In this document: positions 37,511 through 49,387 of the stretch, one piece after another | Layout of the letters: each line of letters begins with the position of its first letter | Position numbering within the stretch: position 1 is the first letter of the stretch | Source of the DNA: Negaprion brevirostris | Taxonomy: Eukaryota | Direction: 5' to 3' | Length of the DNA stretch: 64,000 nt | Assembly (NCBI GenBank): GCA_030324005.1 | Contig: JARDVH010000042.1 | Location: 48,843,185-48,907,184, forward strand | Notes under the pieces: model-generated | Told to the model about the DNA's origin: nothing | Seen by the model: the letters and a program-made list of their open reading frames with translations, nothing else | Databases searched by the model: none | Program-made: the position numbers and the translations under genes

Positions 37511-38269
37511 TTTCCTATTATCCTTCTCTTGAGACCGGTGATTCCCACTGGGGTACAGTCTCGCGGGCAACAGCCTTTTGATATTTTCTTCAAAATATTT
37601 CATGCAGCTTGTGCACAGATGGGCACCTGCATGAGGGGGTTATCGCGCAAGGTCAATCCCTGGCTCCTCATCACACACATCCGACCAAACTGTCACCAGG
37701 GATTGTTGGAATGCAGACGGTTCACCAAATTTCTGCTCCCCCACTCCTCCCCCCCCTCAATCCCATTCCTCACCAGAAAAACCAAGGCCAATTGTAGGTG
37801 CCCAACAACTCAGCTAAGACCAGTTAACTCATTGCAGAAGGCAGACTGTCTTTCCTGTCCTCTGAGGCAGTTAGCACCACACCACACCACGTGTCACACA
37901 GCCCCAGAGCCTACTCAGCACCACTTGCTATCTGAAACACTGGCCCTGGTGAATTAGCCCAAATGTTAGAGCACTCAAATTGTTGTTGTCATATTAAGTG
38001 ATTGAGTGAGTGTCTGGAGAATTGTAATACCAGTGATTCTGCTGTTTGAAGAATTGAAACATTAGTAATTAGATTGCCAAGGCCACCAGTGTAAAGTACA
38101 CGGTTCTTTTCAAGTTAAAACAAATGATACACCTCCATCTAACTGAAGTCCCAAGCTATTTACGGTTTACGTCAACAGTCAGAACAATAAAACAGATGTT
38201 CCTATTAGAACAACAAAGCTCTTCCTATTCCATTTGCTTTCAAAAACATAACATAATCGTTGTTACTTT

Positions 38270-39070
38270 TTTTAAAATCTTGCCAGCCATTTTTGCCCTT
38301 CCCTGATTGCCCTCGAACTGAGTGGCTTTCAGGAGTTAATCAAGAGTTAATCACATAGCTGTGGGTCTGGAGTCGTACGTAGGCCAGTCCAGATAAGAAC
38401 GGCAGATTTCCTTCCCTCAAGGACATTAGTGAAGCAGATGGACTTTTATGACAGTCGATGGTAGCTTTATGGTCACCAGTACTGAGACTAGCTTCATATT
38501 CCAGGTCTATTGGTTGAATTCAAATTCCACCATGGTGGGATTTGAACCCATGTTTCCAAAGTATGCCCTGGGCCTCTGGGTGATGAGCTAAATGATGCTT
38601 GATGGTGACCATGAAACCATTGTCGACTGTCAGAAAAACCCTTCTGGTTCATCAATGTCTTTTAGGGAAGAAAATCTGCTGACCTTACCTGGTCTGGCCT
38701 ACATGTGACTCCAGGGAGGTAATGGCCTAGTGGTATTATCGCTAGCTGATTAATCTAGAAATTCAGCCAATGTTCTGGGGACCCAGGTTCGAATCACGTT
38801 GTGGCAGATGGCGGAATCTGAATTCAATTAAAAAAAATCTGGAATTAAGAATCTACCGATCATGAAAGCATTGTCGATTGTTGGAAGAACCATCCGGTTC
38901 ACTAATGTCCTTTAGGGAAGGAAATCTGCCATCCTCACCTGGGCTGGCCTACATGTGACTCCAGAGCCGTAGCAATGTGGCTGATTCTTAACTGGCCTCT
39001 GGAGAAGGATAATTGGGGATAGGCAATAAATGCTGGCCAGTGATGCCCATGTCCCACAAATGAAAAAAAA
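38270..39070. mobile_element. Cluster of three tRNA-SINE copies: antisense (about 38270-38590), partial sense (about 38600-38713), full sense (38714-39070)
   Basis: Repeated core gaccatgaaaccattgtcga...tttagggaag...acatgtgactccag. The full copy has A-box ggtaatggcctagtgg and B-box ggttcgaatc. Confidence 0.85.
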
Positions 39071-39179
39071 ATCACAAATTTCAATCGGGCTTAACATAAT
39101 AGTAAATGAATTAAGAAATCACATTATTAGTTTAAACAAATGAAATTCTAAATCAGGAAGTAGATTTTTATTTTAGATT

Positions 39180-40055
39180 ACAGATGGGCAGCCAAGGCTT
39201 GTTGCTTACAATTCCTGTGCCATGTGGGATCTTCATGGACTTCATCCACGTGTGCATGAAGTGTCTACACTGCATCAGCTCGGATTAGGATTTCCCAACT
39301 AGAAGAGATGTTGTAATCACTGCAGGCCTTCAGGAAAGATTAGTGTTTCCTGGAAATATGTTCCAAGAGGAGACATTCGGCAAGCAATAAGTGTTCAGGA
39401 AAGTAGATCAGTGATCGTGAAGAGACAGGAGGTACAGCGGCCTTTGTGGCATGTGCCACATTCAAACTGGTACCCAGCATTGAAGACTGTTGGGGGTGAC
39501 AACATCTTGAAGGAGTGCGGTTCATATGCTGGCATCCAAAAGAGTCTTCTTGAACAGGTAGGAACAGTGAGGATTAAAAATGCAATTATTGGAGGAAATT
39601 CCACTGTCGAGGGGGAGACAGACATATCTGCAATCATCATAGTGAATCCAGCACGGTGTGATGCCTCCCTGCTGCCAACATAAAGGGGAGAAGGTGCAGA
39701 ATACTCTGCAGGGAGGAAGGGGGTGAGCCAGAATTTCTGGTACACATGGTGCCAAAAGCATAAAGAGAGCAAGGACTGAGATCCTGTGGTCACTTTGAGG
39801 AGTTAATACCCAGGGAATAATTCCTTCTCTCAAAGGATGGTGAACCTTTGAAATTCTTAAACCCAGGAAGGCTGAGTATTTGAAAATTTTCAAGTCTGAG
39901 TTTGATAGGTTTTTAATGAACAGAGGAACTAAGAGTCACAGAGGTAAAGCAGGAATGTGGACTGGGTGAGTGTTAGATCAGCCATTATCTTATTAAATGG
40001 CAGAGCAGGCTGGAAGAGCTGAATGGCTTATTTCCGTTCCATTTCTTATGGTCTA
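39180..40055 (+). mobile_element. CR1 remnant: ORF1 (zinc finger, coiled coil, SGNH esterase) joined directly to the CR1 3' end
   Basis: C..W...C.KC remnant near 39215-39265. Esterase-like AIIGGNSTVEGETD (decayed VIGDS.VRGTD), CLP.A and VH.G.. at 39580-39800. From about 39810, F.QR.VNL plus the CR1 tail agatcagccattatcttattaaatggcagagcaggc. Confidence 0.7.
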
Positions 40056-40470
40056 ACAAAGAAACATGAAAGATCTTTCCATCTCCCCACCATTAACTCT
40101 CTCTGTCTCATCACAGCCTGTCAGAACGATAGGCCTTAATGGGCAGTCCAATGAATCACTACTTCAAAGGTCGAGAATGATTACAAGACATATCCTATAA
40201 CTAAGAGACTTAAACCCACAATCTTTTCCTTTCAAACAGATCCATCTGTCAGCATCATTAATTCCAAGATAACGATTAGCTTGAGATAATGTTATTGGCA
40301 GGCCTTTCAAGAAATTATTAATTTATGCGAAAAGTTAAATAACTTGAACAAGAAAAAAAAAAGTACTTCAGGGACTCAAGCATTTATATGAGTTCAGTAT
40401 TTCAGGAGCTTATAAATTTGCTCAGAAGTATACCGAGAAGAAAATTCATGAAGCATCCAATGTGAGATAT

Positions 40471-40744
40471 TGTGGTGAAACAAGTTCCACTGTCCAACAT
40501 TGTAAAGTAATGGTTCTTAAATCTATACCATGGACCACCCTTCAGATTAACCACAGGCCGCTCCAAAATACAAGTCACTTTCATTCAAGGCCACAGCTGA
40601 AGCCATATGAGAGATCAGGCCAGACCCTCGTCCCCACCAATCGCATGATGTCACAGAATTGGACCGACCCCCATGTGTATTGGCACAGGTTGTCACATGT
40701 GCAGACAATGTGGTTTTATAAGCAAGATTAACATTACTGTTACA
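40471..40744. mobile_element. Solo LTR, 274 bp (probably Gypsy-type)
   Basis: Begins TGT, ends ACA, flanked by identical 4-bp ATAT (40467-40470 and 40745-40748). Interior is less AT-rich than the flanks. Confidence 0.55.
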
Positions 40745-41762
40745 ATATATAACTGCAAGATTTGGATAGCTAAAAATGGAGTCCGACGTGAGATTGAAAC
40801 TTTCTAGCTTTGGACCAAATATCATCTCATTGGTGCCCCATCAAAAGGACTCCCATTCTTCCCATTAATTCTGATGAGTTTTTTTTTGTGTTAACAAATT
40901 AAAGAAAATCAGACCAGAGCAGTCGGCTGTCCTTCGGTCTTTTGCCCTGCCTAAGTCATCCATAGATAATAAGGTTTGAGAACTATTGATTAACATATCT
41001 GAAATTGGTTGCCAAAGAATAGATTTATGTTTTAATTGAATATTAANNNNNNNNNNCTAGTATCTAGGTTAAAATCACTGATCTAATGATGATACAATCC
41101 CTGCATGTTACATAAGCACAAAAGACTAGAAAATGGCGAAAGGTGGGTATTCAAACTGAATGTCAGATGTTTCATAGCTTACACAGATTTCACGGCATTC
41201 ATTAGGTCACATGGGAAAGCCATCACAACACAGAAATATCATCAATCACCACAGTTGAGTTAGATGGTTGGTTTAGGAATGGTCAAAATGTTGTTTTCCC
41301 TTGATATTTTCATTCTGAACAAATGAATGGAAGTGGGTCTTACAATGGTTGAGAAAAGTTGTTTGCACCAAAGTCTATGTTTTCTTCTGCTCTCCTTTTC
41401 CTACCTGTGGTTTATCCACATCATCACACCAGATAGCTGGAGCCTGTTTTCAATTGGCCAACTTCTAGTTGAGTTGAAGAAATTATCATATGGGAAAGGA
41501 AGGTCCTAAAATTGACTTTCATACTCACATAGATAAAAAGAAACAAGACTAGTAAGTTAGCTACTTCTGCTGTGTTAACACTGTTATAATACTACAGTAC
41601 ATAAACTCGTTCAGTAAACACCTCTAGTGTCTTTGAAAACAGTTTCAATTTGATTATCCAAATTTATTTCACATCCAGACCACGTGGTCACACGTGATCT
41701 TACCAAACTCATCTTAATCACTTCCAGCAGTAAAGAGAAAGGATTTCCCAGATTTTCCTTCC

Positions 41763-42370
41763 AGGCGGCATGGTGGCACAGTGGTGAGCACCACTGCCTC
41801 ACAGCATCATGGACCCAGGTTCAATTTTTGCCTTGGGTGACTGTCTGGGGTTTCCACATTCTCCCAGTGTCCACATGGGTTTCCTCTGGTGTTCCCGTTT
41901 CGTCCAACAGTCCAAAAATGTGTAGGTTAGGTGGACTGGCCATGATAAGTTGCCCCTTCATGGTGGTGGTGCAGGCAGATACAATAGTGGCTTTTAAGGG
42001 GCTTTTAGATAAGCACATGAATATGCAAGGAATGGAGGGATATGGACGAAAGGCAGGCAGAAGGGATTAGTCTAATCTGGTGTTAAGTTTGGCACTATAT
42101 CATGGTCCAAAAGGCCTGTTCCTGTGCTGTACCGTATTGTTCTATGTAAGATAAAATATAGCATAGGAACAGGCCCTTTGGCCCACCAAGAAAGATATAT
42201 AGGTTAAGTAAATTAGCCATGTTAAATGTGCAGGGTTACAGGGTTAGGGCCGGAGGAAGTAGGCCTGGATGAGTTGCTCTGTCAGAGTTGGTGCAGACTT
42301 GATGGGCCAAATGCACACTGTAGGGATTCTGCGATTAACAATTCTATGATCTAGTTCTTTGATTCTATGA
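41763..42370 (+). mobile_element. HE1-type V-SINE split by an inserted CR1 3' end (about 41960-42146) and a short antisense CR1 tail (about 42150-42190)
   Basis: SINE head and core run to tgcccctt, then CR1 ...gcagatacaatagtggcttttaaggggcttttagataagcacatg..., then the SINE resumes at aaagatatataggtt... and ends in gattctatga. Confidence 0.82.
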
Positions 42371-44849
42371 ATCATTTTTACCTCTGTCAGAGCGTTCCAT
42401 GACTACAGGCACACAGAGAGTCATGATGCTTAATTGCATTATGATTGTTTGAAAAAGGATTGAGGGAGCAGCCAATCTTTTCATATTTGTCTTTTTGATG
42501 GGAAAAAGACCAGGAACATACAAGATTTGAAAATCAATCTGCTGGGAGTTGTCCAACAACAGCTACAATTAACATTAAAATCCCTTGAGCAAAGCTCCCA
42601 TTTCCATTTACTAGTATACATACATAGGCATCAAATAAGTTGTGTTCGACAGAGATATGAAGTGCCCAATTGTTGAATATCCTGCTCACTACCACTAAAA
42701 CCGAACACTTAAACAAGGCAGCAGAGTGGCAGGTAGCAGAACACCATTCTCGTAGCTACTGTCTTTGAGTGAGAATATTCACAGAGAAGAAAATAACATA
42801 TCCATTCCCACAAGAAAATGTGGTGTGAAGAAAAATATTTTTCTCCACTTGAGTGTGCATTTCCCCCATTTAATCAAAGCCAAAAAACTAGAGATATTGC
42901 CGAGAGGGCAAAGCGGGAAGCAGCAGAAGAGGAGGGACCTGGGTATAGTGAATTGCAGATGCTACAAAGCAGTTGCAGACAAGCTACACTGAATGTGCGA
43001 GGACAGTGCAAGGCAGTGAGATCCATTACAACATATCTCCTGCTAGCAGTCACTACAAGTAGCAGCAGCAGTGTGCATGGATCATGAACCCATCCCCTGC
43101 ACTTTATTTAACTCTAATCTGACAACAAAGGTCCAATTTTCTCTCATTGGGATTCATTTCCTGCAGCTCAATTCATGGTGTAATTTGGGTTGAATGAAAG
43201 GTTAACTTCAACAAACTCAGGATAAGGGAAAGAGGAACCGAGTCTAAACATTGTTCATTATGGTATATATAAACTGAGTGAACTACTGCAGTGACCTGAT
43301 GACATAGGAGTGATTTGGTCAGATTGAATAGCATGTTAATTGGCTCAGATCTTTTTAAAGCTGTATTAATATTATAACCTCCTCAAGCCAATCAACAGAA
43401 TGAAAGACTCTTGATAACTTCACAAATCTTCTTACGTAGCAGAGGCTGCTGAACATACATGCAAATCACATCGCCTTTAAGATTGAATTTATCAAAAGTA
43501 AAACATGAATTGAGAGAAGGGTCTTTGCAATTGTTTAGATCTGTTAAACAGTACAGAACTGCAGTAGATAAGGGAGAGGACGGCATTTAACAGAGCCACA
43601 GGGGTCTTGTCCACCGGCTGGAGAGCCAGCGGATTGCCTCTTTCTGGGAAGACTGACCATATTAAATTCTAATCAGGCTCTTAACTGGGCATTTGCAGGG
43701 ATCACGGACTCAATCGGGTTAGAGGTTCCACACCGCGAGCTGCCAGACAAACAGAAATGGGCACAGTCACAACTTCAAATCTTCAAAGGTAGAAAAGATA
43801 ATATAATTTCTATAAATTGTGTGGGGACAAAAAGAGCAGCATTAGCTATGCCAATTTAGCCCAGGACTGGCAAATTGTTTATTAATTGAGCACTTAATAA
43901 ATATTGTAAAGATATTTGTGATACTGACACATTTTTCTTCCTCGACACTGATTCATGAACTTCAAGGAAGCAAGAGTCTAAATAAACGCGGTGTTGTATT
44001 TCCAGCTATAGAAGACATGGAGGATCGTGTGAGATTGTGCTTTGAATGTATTTTCTGGACTAATTTGCATAGATAACTAAACATGTGAAAACATCCTCTC
44101 TGGGACACGGGGACCTTGGTCTGAAACAGCACTAAAGTTATAAAATAAAATGGAACTGCGTTGTCAGCATAAGCAGCTTATAATTTCAAATGAAGTTACA
44201 CTATAATTAGCACTGCATGCCTCAAGAAATGAAAATGGCATTAAAAAGTACACATAAAAACCCTCAGTAATATTCATGAGCACAGGCTTGATTTTAAAGT
44301 TATCGCTGATGAATGGCTTTTGGAATATAATGCAGCAAAGAGCAGTTTTTTTTTATTTGCAGTAGTGTCAGAGTATTTAATTCCAAAAATAATCTAATAG
44401 CAGATGGTGTACAACTGTCCAGTCAGGATTCCCAGCACATATAACCTCAGAAGTTTTGCGATAAACAACTTTGAATATTTTTATATTGGTCCATGTGGGC
44501 ATCACGGGCAAGGCCACCTTTTATCATCCATCCTTTTAATTGGGGCATTGAATCCTCAAATAATAAATTATTTGCCACTCCTGGCAAAATTAGAAAAGGT
44601 AAATGCCAATACATCCCTGTGTTTTTCTGTTTTGAGAAGGTGATGGACAGGCATCTTCTGGAGTGATTTCTTGGCCATCTCAGAAGGCAGTCACAATTGT
44701 GTTGTTCCAGGTCTGGAGTCAGCTCAAGTGTCGACAAAGATCTTTTTCCCTTTTAGACAGCCATAAACCAAATTGTTTTGTATGACAATCCAGCACTTTC
44801 CCAACTGGGATTTAAATTCATGTCTCCAAACATTTAATCCAGGCAATTG

Positions 44850-45297
44850 CGGCTTTCAAGACACACAACAACGCAGAATTGCCGGGCAGAAACTGATAGC
44901 CAAGTTCCGCATGAATAGGATGGCCTCAATCGGGATCTCGGATTCATGTCACACTACGTGTAACCCCCACCATTTGGCCTGGGCTTGCAGAAGTCTACTA
45001 ACTGTCCTGGCTTGAGACAATTCACGCCTCTTCAACCTTTGATTATCCTTCTCTCCACTCGCATTGTCTGTACCTGTAAAGACTTGATTACCTGTAAAGA
45101 TTCACATTCCAACCACTATCTTGCAATTTAGTCTTTGTCTATATAAGCCCTCTTTGTGAATCCAACTTTCCACTCACCTGATGAAGGAGCAGCAGTCTGA
45201 AAGCTCGTGATACTAAATAAACCTGTTGCACTTTAACTTGGTGTTGTGAGACTTCTTACTGTGCCCAGCCCAGGCCAATGCTGGTATCTCCACATCA
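44850..45297 (+). mobile_element. Penelope-like element 3' end with complete pseudo-LTR and tail
   Basis: GFQDTQQRRIAGQKLIAKFR...(D)GLNRDLGFMSHYV* followed by a pLTR ending gctggtatctccacatca. Confidence 0.88.
45175..45209 (+). ncRNA. Minimal type I hammerhead ribozyme motif (Penelope pLTR)
   Basis: CAC-CUGAUGA-aggagcagcagucu-GAAA-GCUC-GUG. Core boxes intact, stem I CAC/GUG, cleavage triplet CUC. Confidence 0.6.
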
Positions 45298-46059
45298 CTG
45301 CATTACTAGTACAGCAACATGAGCACTATGCTACTGTGCTCTTCAAGGGTACTTACAATCATTAACAGAACAGAAAAGGTCAATTTAGAAACTTGGTTAA
45401 ACAAATGGGTAGGCAATGAGAATGCAGTTAAAACTAATGAAAGACAAATTTGGGCCTGATCCCACGAAATTCTTTGCATCGAGTGACCAATCCTTGAAAG
45501 AAACATCCCAACAGATGAGTGAAAAATAAAACCTTGGAATTATTTAATTGTGTGAAGTAATGTGGTGAGTTTATGGTCATTCCAGATGAATCAAGTAAGG
45601 TGAGCCAACTGGTCTCCCTCATCCATAATTATCTAATGATCTTGTAAAGGAGATGTACACCTCCATGACATAGGTTTTTATAAAAGCCAAGGAAGGGATT
45701 TCTCATTGGCTTCAACGCATTGGTGCCTTTGGGTCAGGAAATCATTAGATTCGGCTCATTTTAGTTTTGGACAGTTTGAATAAATGTGACTACTAATCAA
45801 TTACAAGAAGTCACGTGTGAACTATTATGTTACCCAATGAAATCAAATGGTTGAAATCTAGAATCCCCAATTCAACTTTGAAAAGGAACCACTTGCTTTT
45901 CTGCTTTTTCCAGAAAAAGGAAAATAAATGTTGAAAGGTTACGGAACTGCAGTATCTAGAATTCCAAATATGCCTATTGTGGCTGAGTCAAAAAGTTAGG
46001 AACAAGTTGCAGTTGTCGTTGGTGAGAAGTGATTTTGGATCTTTCCCCTTCATCAATGA

Positions 46060-46770
46060 TGCCATTCTGTTTATACGGATTTAAACAGATTTTAATATAA
46101 TTAACCCATCCCCTCACCAGATATTAACTTTCCTGTTGTATATTGACACCGCGCCACTATGATGTCATATGAGTGCGGTTTACAACAGGTTCACCTAAAT
46201 GTGAACTTGTCGTGAGGGACTCCCCAGGGACATAAAGTTAAGTATAGTCCCTGGGGGAGAGAGACAAGGCCAGGCAGTGCCCTGGCAATGCCCCAAGGCA
46301 CTGGCCGTTGGCACAGGTTGGGACTGCCAGGTTAGCACCATGTCATGGGGCAGTGGCTGGCAGTAGATAGAAGAGCTGGGGATATTACTGGGGGGAGGAG
46401 TGAATGCCAGCTCAGACTGTGGGGGTGCGGGGGTAGAGACCGAAGATTACAGGGCTGGGAAAGATGGGGCCAACAATCGGTTGGGAGGGGATACGGTAGA
46501 GAAGTGCCAACTCTAATCGAGGCGGGGAGGGAAGCCCCTGAACCCTCCATAGTGGGCCAGGGAGCGGGGATTTACTCAGGTTATGACTGGGAGCGCCCTG
46601 ATCTCTGTGCAGCCAGGCTTTGCCAGCATATTGAGGCCCCAACCCTTTGCATGAATCATGCCTCTTTGACTATTTTTGGTAAGATCTACAGAGAAAACCT
46701 GCGTGTTTCTAACAATGCTGCCATTTCCTGGTAAGGTTTCCTTCCCCCAGTGTTTTCAATTTCTGTTCAA
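46060..46770. mobile_element. Probable decayed non-autonomous Harbinger-type element
   Basis: GC-rich interior with gcagtgccctggcaatgccc repeats like those in 27198-28007. Termini unclear. Confidence 0.4.
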
Positions 46771-47654
46771 ACTGTTGTGAAATTGGAAAAACAGCTTCAT
46801 AAATGGACACACAGACAAAGGCATGGCCATTTTTACTGGCCTCCCTTCAATCAGTGTGATCGAAATGAGCTAACCACTCAGCTACCTACAGCCATTAAAA
46901 CGTGCATGGTCACAGAGTCGGTCATTGTAGGTTGCTTTTAACTTTAAATGTTTATTGTTTTTGTCAGGGCTTTGTGCCCACTTATTTTGAATTACTGATC
47001 ACGCACATGATTGCTGGTTCAAAACCATCCCCTTGAGGTGATTTTGCTCATGGACAAATGATGTTTATTTCTCCGTTTAATTTTTGCAATTCACATTCAG
47101 GCCATGAGCCGCTGGAGTTTGTGAGGTGGATTTTCCCTGGCTGGTTCAGAGTTTGAGAGATGCTCTTGAAAGGCTTCAAAGTAATTCAACCATAGTAAAG
47201 GCCAGGAGCATTTTAAAAATCAACCAATTTCAACTGATTTCTGAAAGTAACCAGGTTTGGATATTCTCTCCGGATGTAATTCAAGTTTGGAAAATGTTCA
47301 TAGGAAAATTGGAAAATTGTTTGTATTTTCTACATTACTCATTGCCACATCCACCATATTCACCATGTAGAATCAACACTCCAAAGGTAGGCTGAAGAGC
47401 TACAGCCAAGTTAAAATATTAAAATGATTCACTTCAGTGGTTGTGATTAACTCCATTGGCCAGAGGCAAATGTTATTAAATATAATCAAAGATGTACGCT
47501 TTTTCACTCTTCCTTTGCCTTCAACAGATGCGGGAATAAAAACCACATGGAATATTCCAGATGTCTTCACAAAATATAAGTAGAAATGGAGGAAGTATGG
47601 TTTTCTATATGTACAGCAGCCAAGAAAACCAGGCAATTGTCCAACAGCAACTAG

Positions 47655-48560
47655 AGTACTGTTTACAGTTTCAGTCTCCTTAAGGATGGATATACTTGCA
47701 CTGGAAGCAGTTCAGAGAAGGTTCACCAGGCTGATTTCTGGGATAACGGAATTGTCTTATGAGGAAAGGTTTGTACTGTACCCATTAGTGCCTGGAAGAA
47801 TGAGAAGTGACCTTATTGAAATATAAGATCCTGAGGGGACTCGAGAGGGTAAATGCTGAGAAGTAGTTACCCCTTGTGGGGAAGCCAGAACTAGGGGTCA
47901 CAGTTTAAAAATAAGGAGTGTCCTATTTAAGACAGAGACGAGGAGGAATTTCTTCACCCACANNNNNNNNNNGTTAGTCTTTGAAATTCTCTTTCACAGA
48001 TAGCAATCAAGACTGGGTAATGGATATATTCAGGGCTGCATTAGACAGATTTTTGATCGCCAAAGGCCTGAGAGCATGGCAGAGGCAGCTTCAATCGAGG
48101 CATTCAAAAGGAAATTTGATTGTTGTCTGAAATGGAAGAATGTGCAGAGCTATGAGGAGAAGGTAGAGTATGGTATGAGGTGAAGGATCATACAACCACA
48201 AAACATTCTCAGTGTTTCTAAATCCAGATGCTGCCAGACCTGCTGAGTTTTTCCAGCATTTTCTGTTTGTATTTCAGATTTCCAGCATCCGTAATATTAT
48301 GTTTTTGTTATTGTACCAGGAGAGTTGCTCATTCGGGCAGGTGGAACAGACACGATGGCCCAAATGGCCTTCTGCTGAACTGTAAGAATTCTATAATTCT
48401 GGGTTATTTGAGGCAGGGGAGAGGGTGCATGGGCATGGGTGGCAGATAGGCAAAAAAGTGGAGTTAAGACAAAAATCAAATCAGCTATTGTTTTACTGAA
48501 CAGCAAAACAGGCTTGATGGGCTGAATGGCTGGCCTACTGCTGCTCTAATTTGTAATGCT
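47655..48560 (+). mobile_element. CR1 3' end with nested insertions (second CR1 tail about 48075-48400, itself split by a Penelope pLTR piece 48226-48310)
   Basis: ALEAVQRRFTRLI.G...LSYEER, DLIEIYKILRGL. The host 3' tail resumes at about 48400 and ends ggctgaatggc...cctactgctgctcta. Confidence 0.78.
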
Positions 48561-49387
48561 TTAATGGAATGTTGGAGTACAAACACATAGATTTCCGGCA
48601 ATGTATCTATGAAAATGAAGTCATCATTTCAATGATGGGCTAAAAGCATGTAGCCAAAATAAAACAGCTCGCTTCTATGGAAGTGCACAATTTATCAAAT
48701 TGCATGCTGGCAACTATTGGGTATAGACAGCACTGGACGCCGCTCTAAAACTGGCCACGTTTTACTCATTTAATTTCAGAACAGCCAAATACACTGCACA
48801 GCTGCCAATCTGAGGCCCTTTGACCTGTCTGTTTTGCTTGCCCTCACTCCTCCAGGACCCAAATGCAGGTCGTCTTCGTTCCTAAGGGCTGGCTGATGAG
48901 CTGTGTGGGAATACCTGACTGTCATTCTCAGATCACCTGTTTTAATTACGTGGTCAGATGTGAAATGTGGCTAAGGCATCTTGCTGACATCCTTGGACGC
49001 ACATTCAGATTGCACCGTAAACTCACGCAAGTCAAATGTCCAATTCCCCATCTCCATTTGCCCGCTTGTGAGAGCCCAGCCAACTTATCCACTGATAAAC
49101 ATTGATAATCCGTCTCCTATCAGAGGCGCCTGCCAAGCTTTGATTACATAACATTTCTCTAGATGTGGGTGGCTCTGGGCTTGTTGAAAATATGAAGACA
49201 GGGGCTGTCCAGTAATAGGGGTTGCTGGCTACCCCATATGTCCCACGAATGATTAAACAAAAACAAACAAAGAAAAGCCATCTCTCTGGGATATGCAAAA
49301 ACCAAAACCATAAAGCATGTGGATTGACCAAAACAGAGTTTGAAATAATGTGCACAGATTCACATGTTTGTCATTGTGACTCAGATT

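Noticed and set aside
37328-37957. 209-aa ORF, the longest in the track
   Set aside because: Reads through an antisense HE1 SINE and adjacent repeat fragments; no protein-like features.
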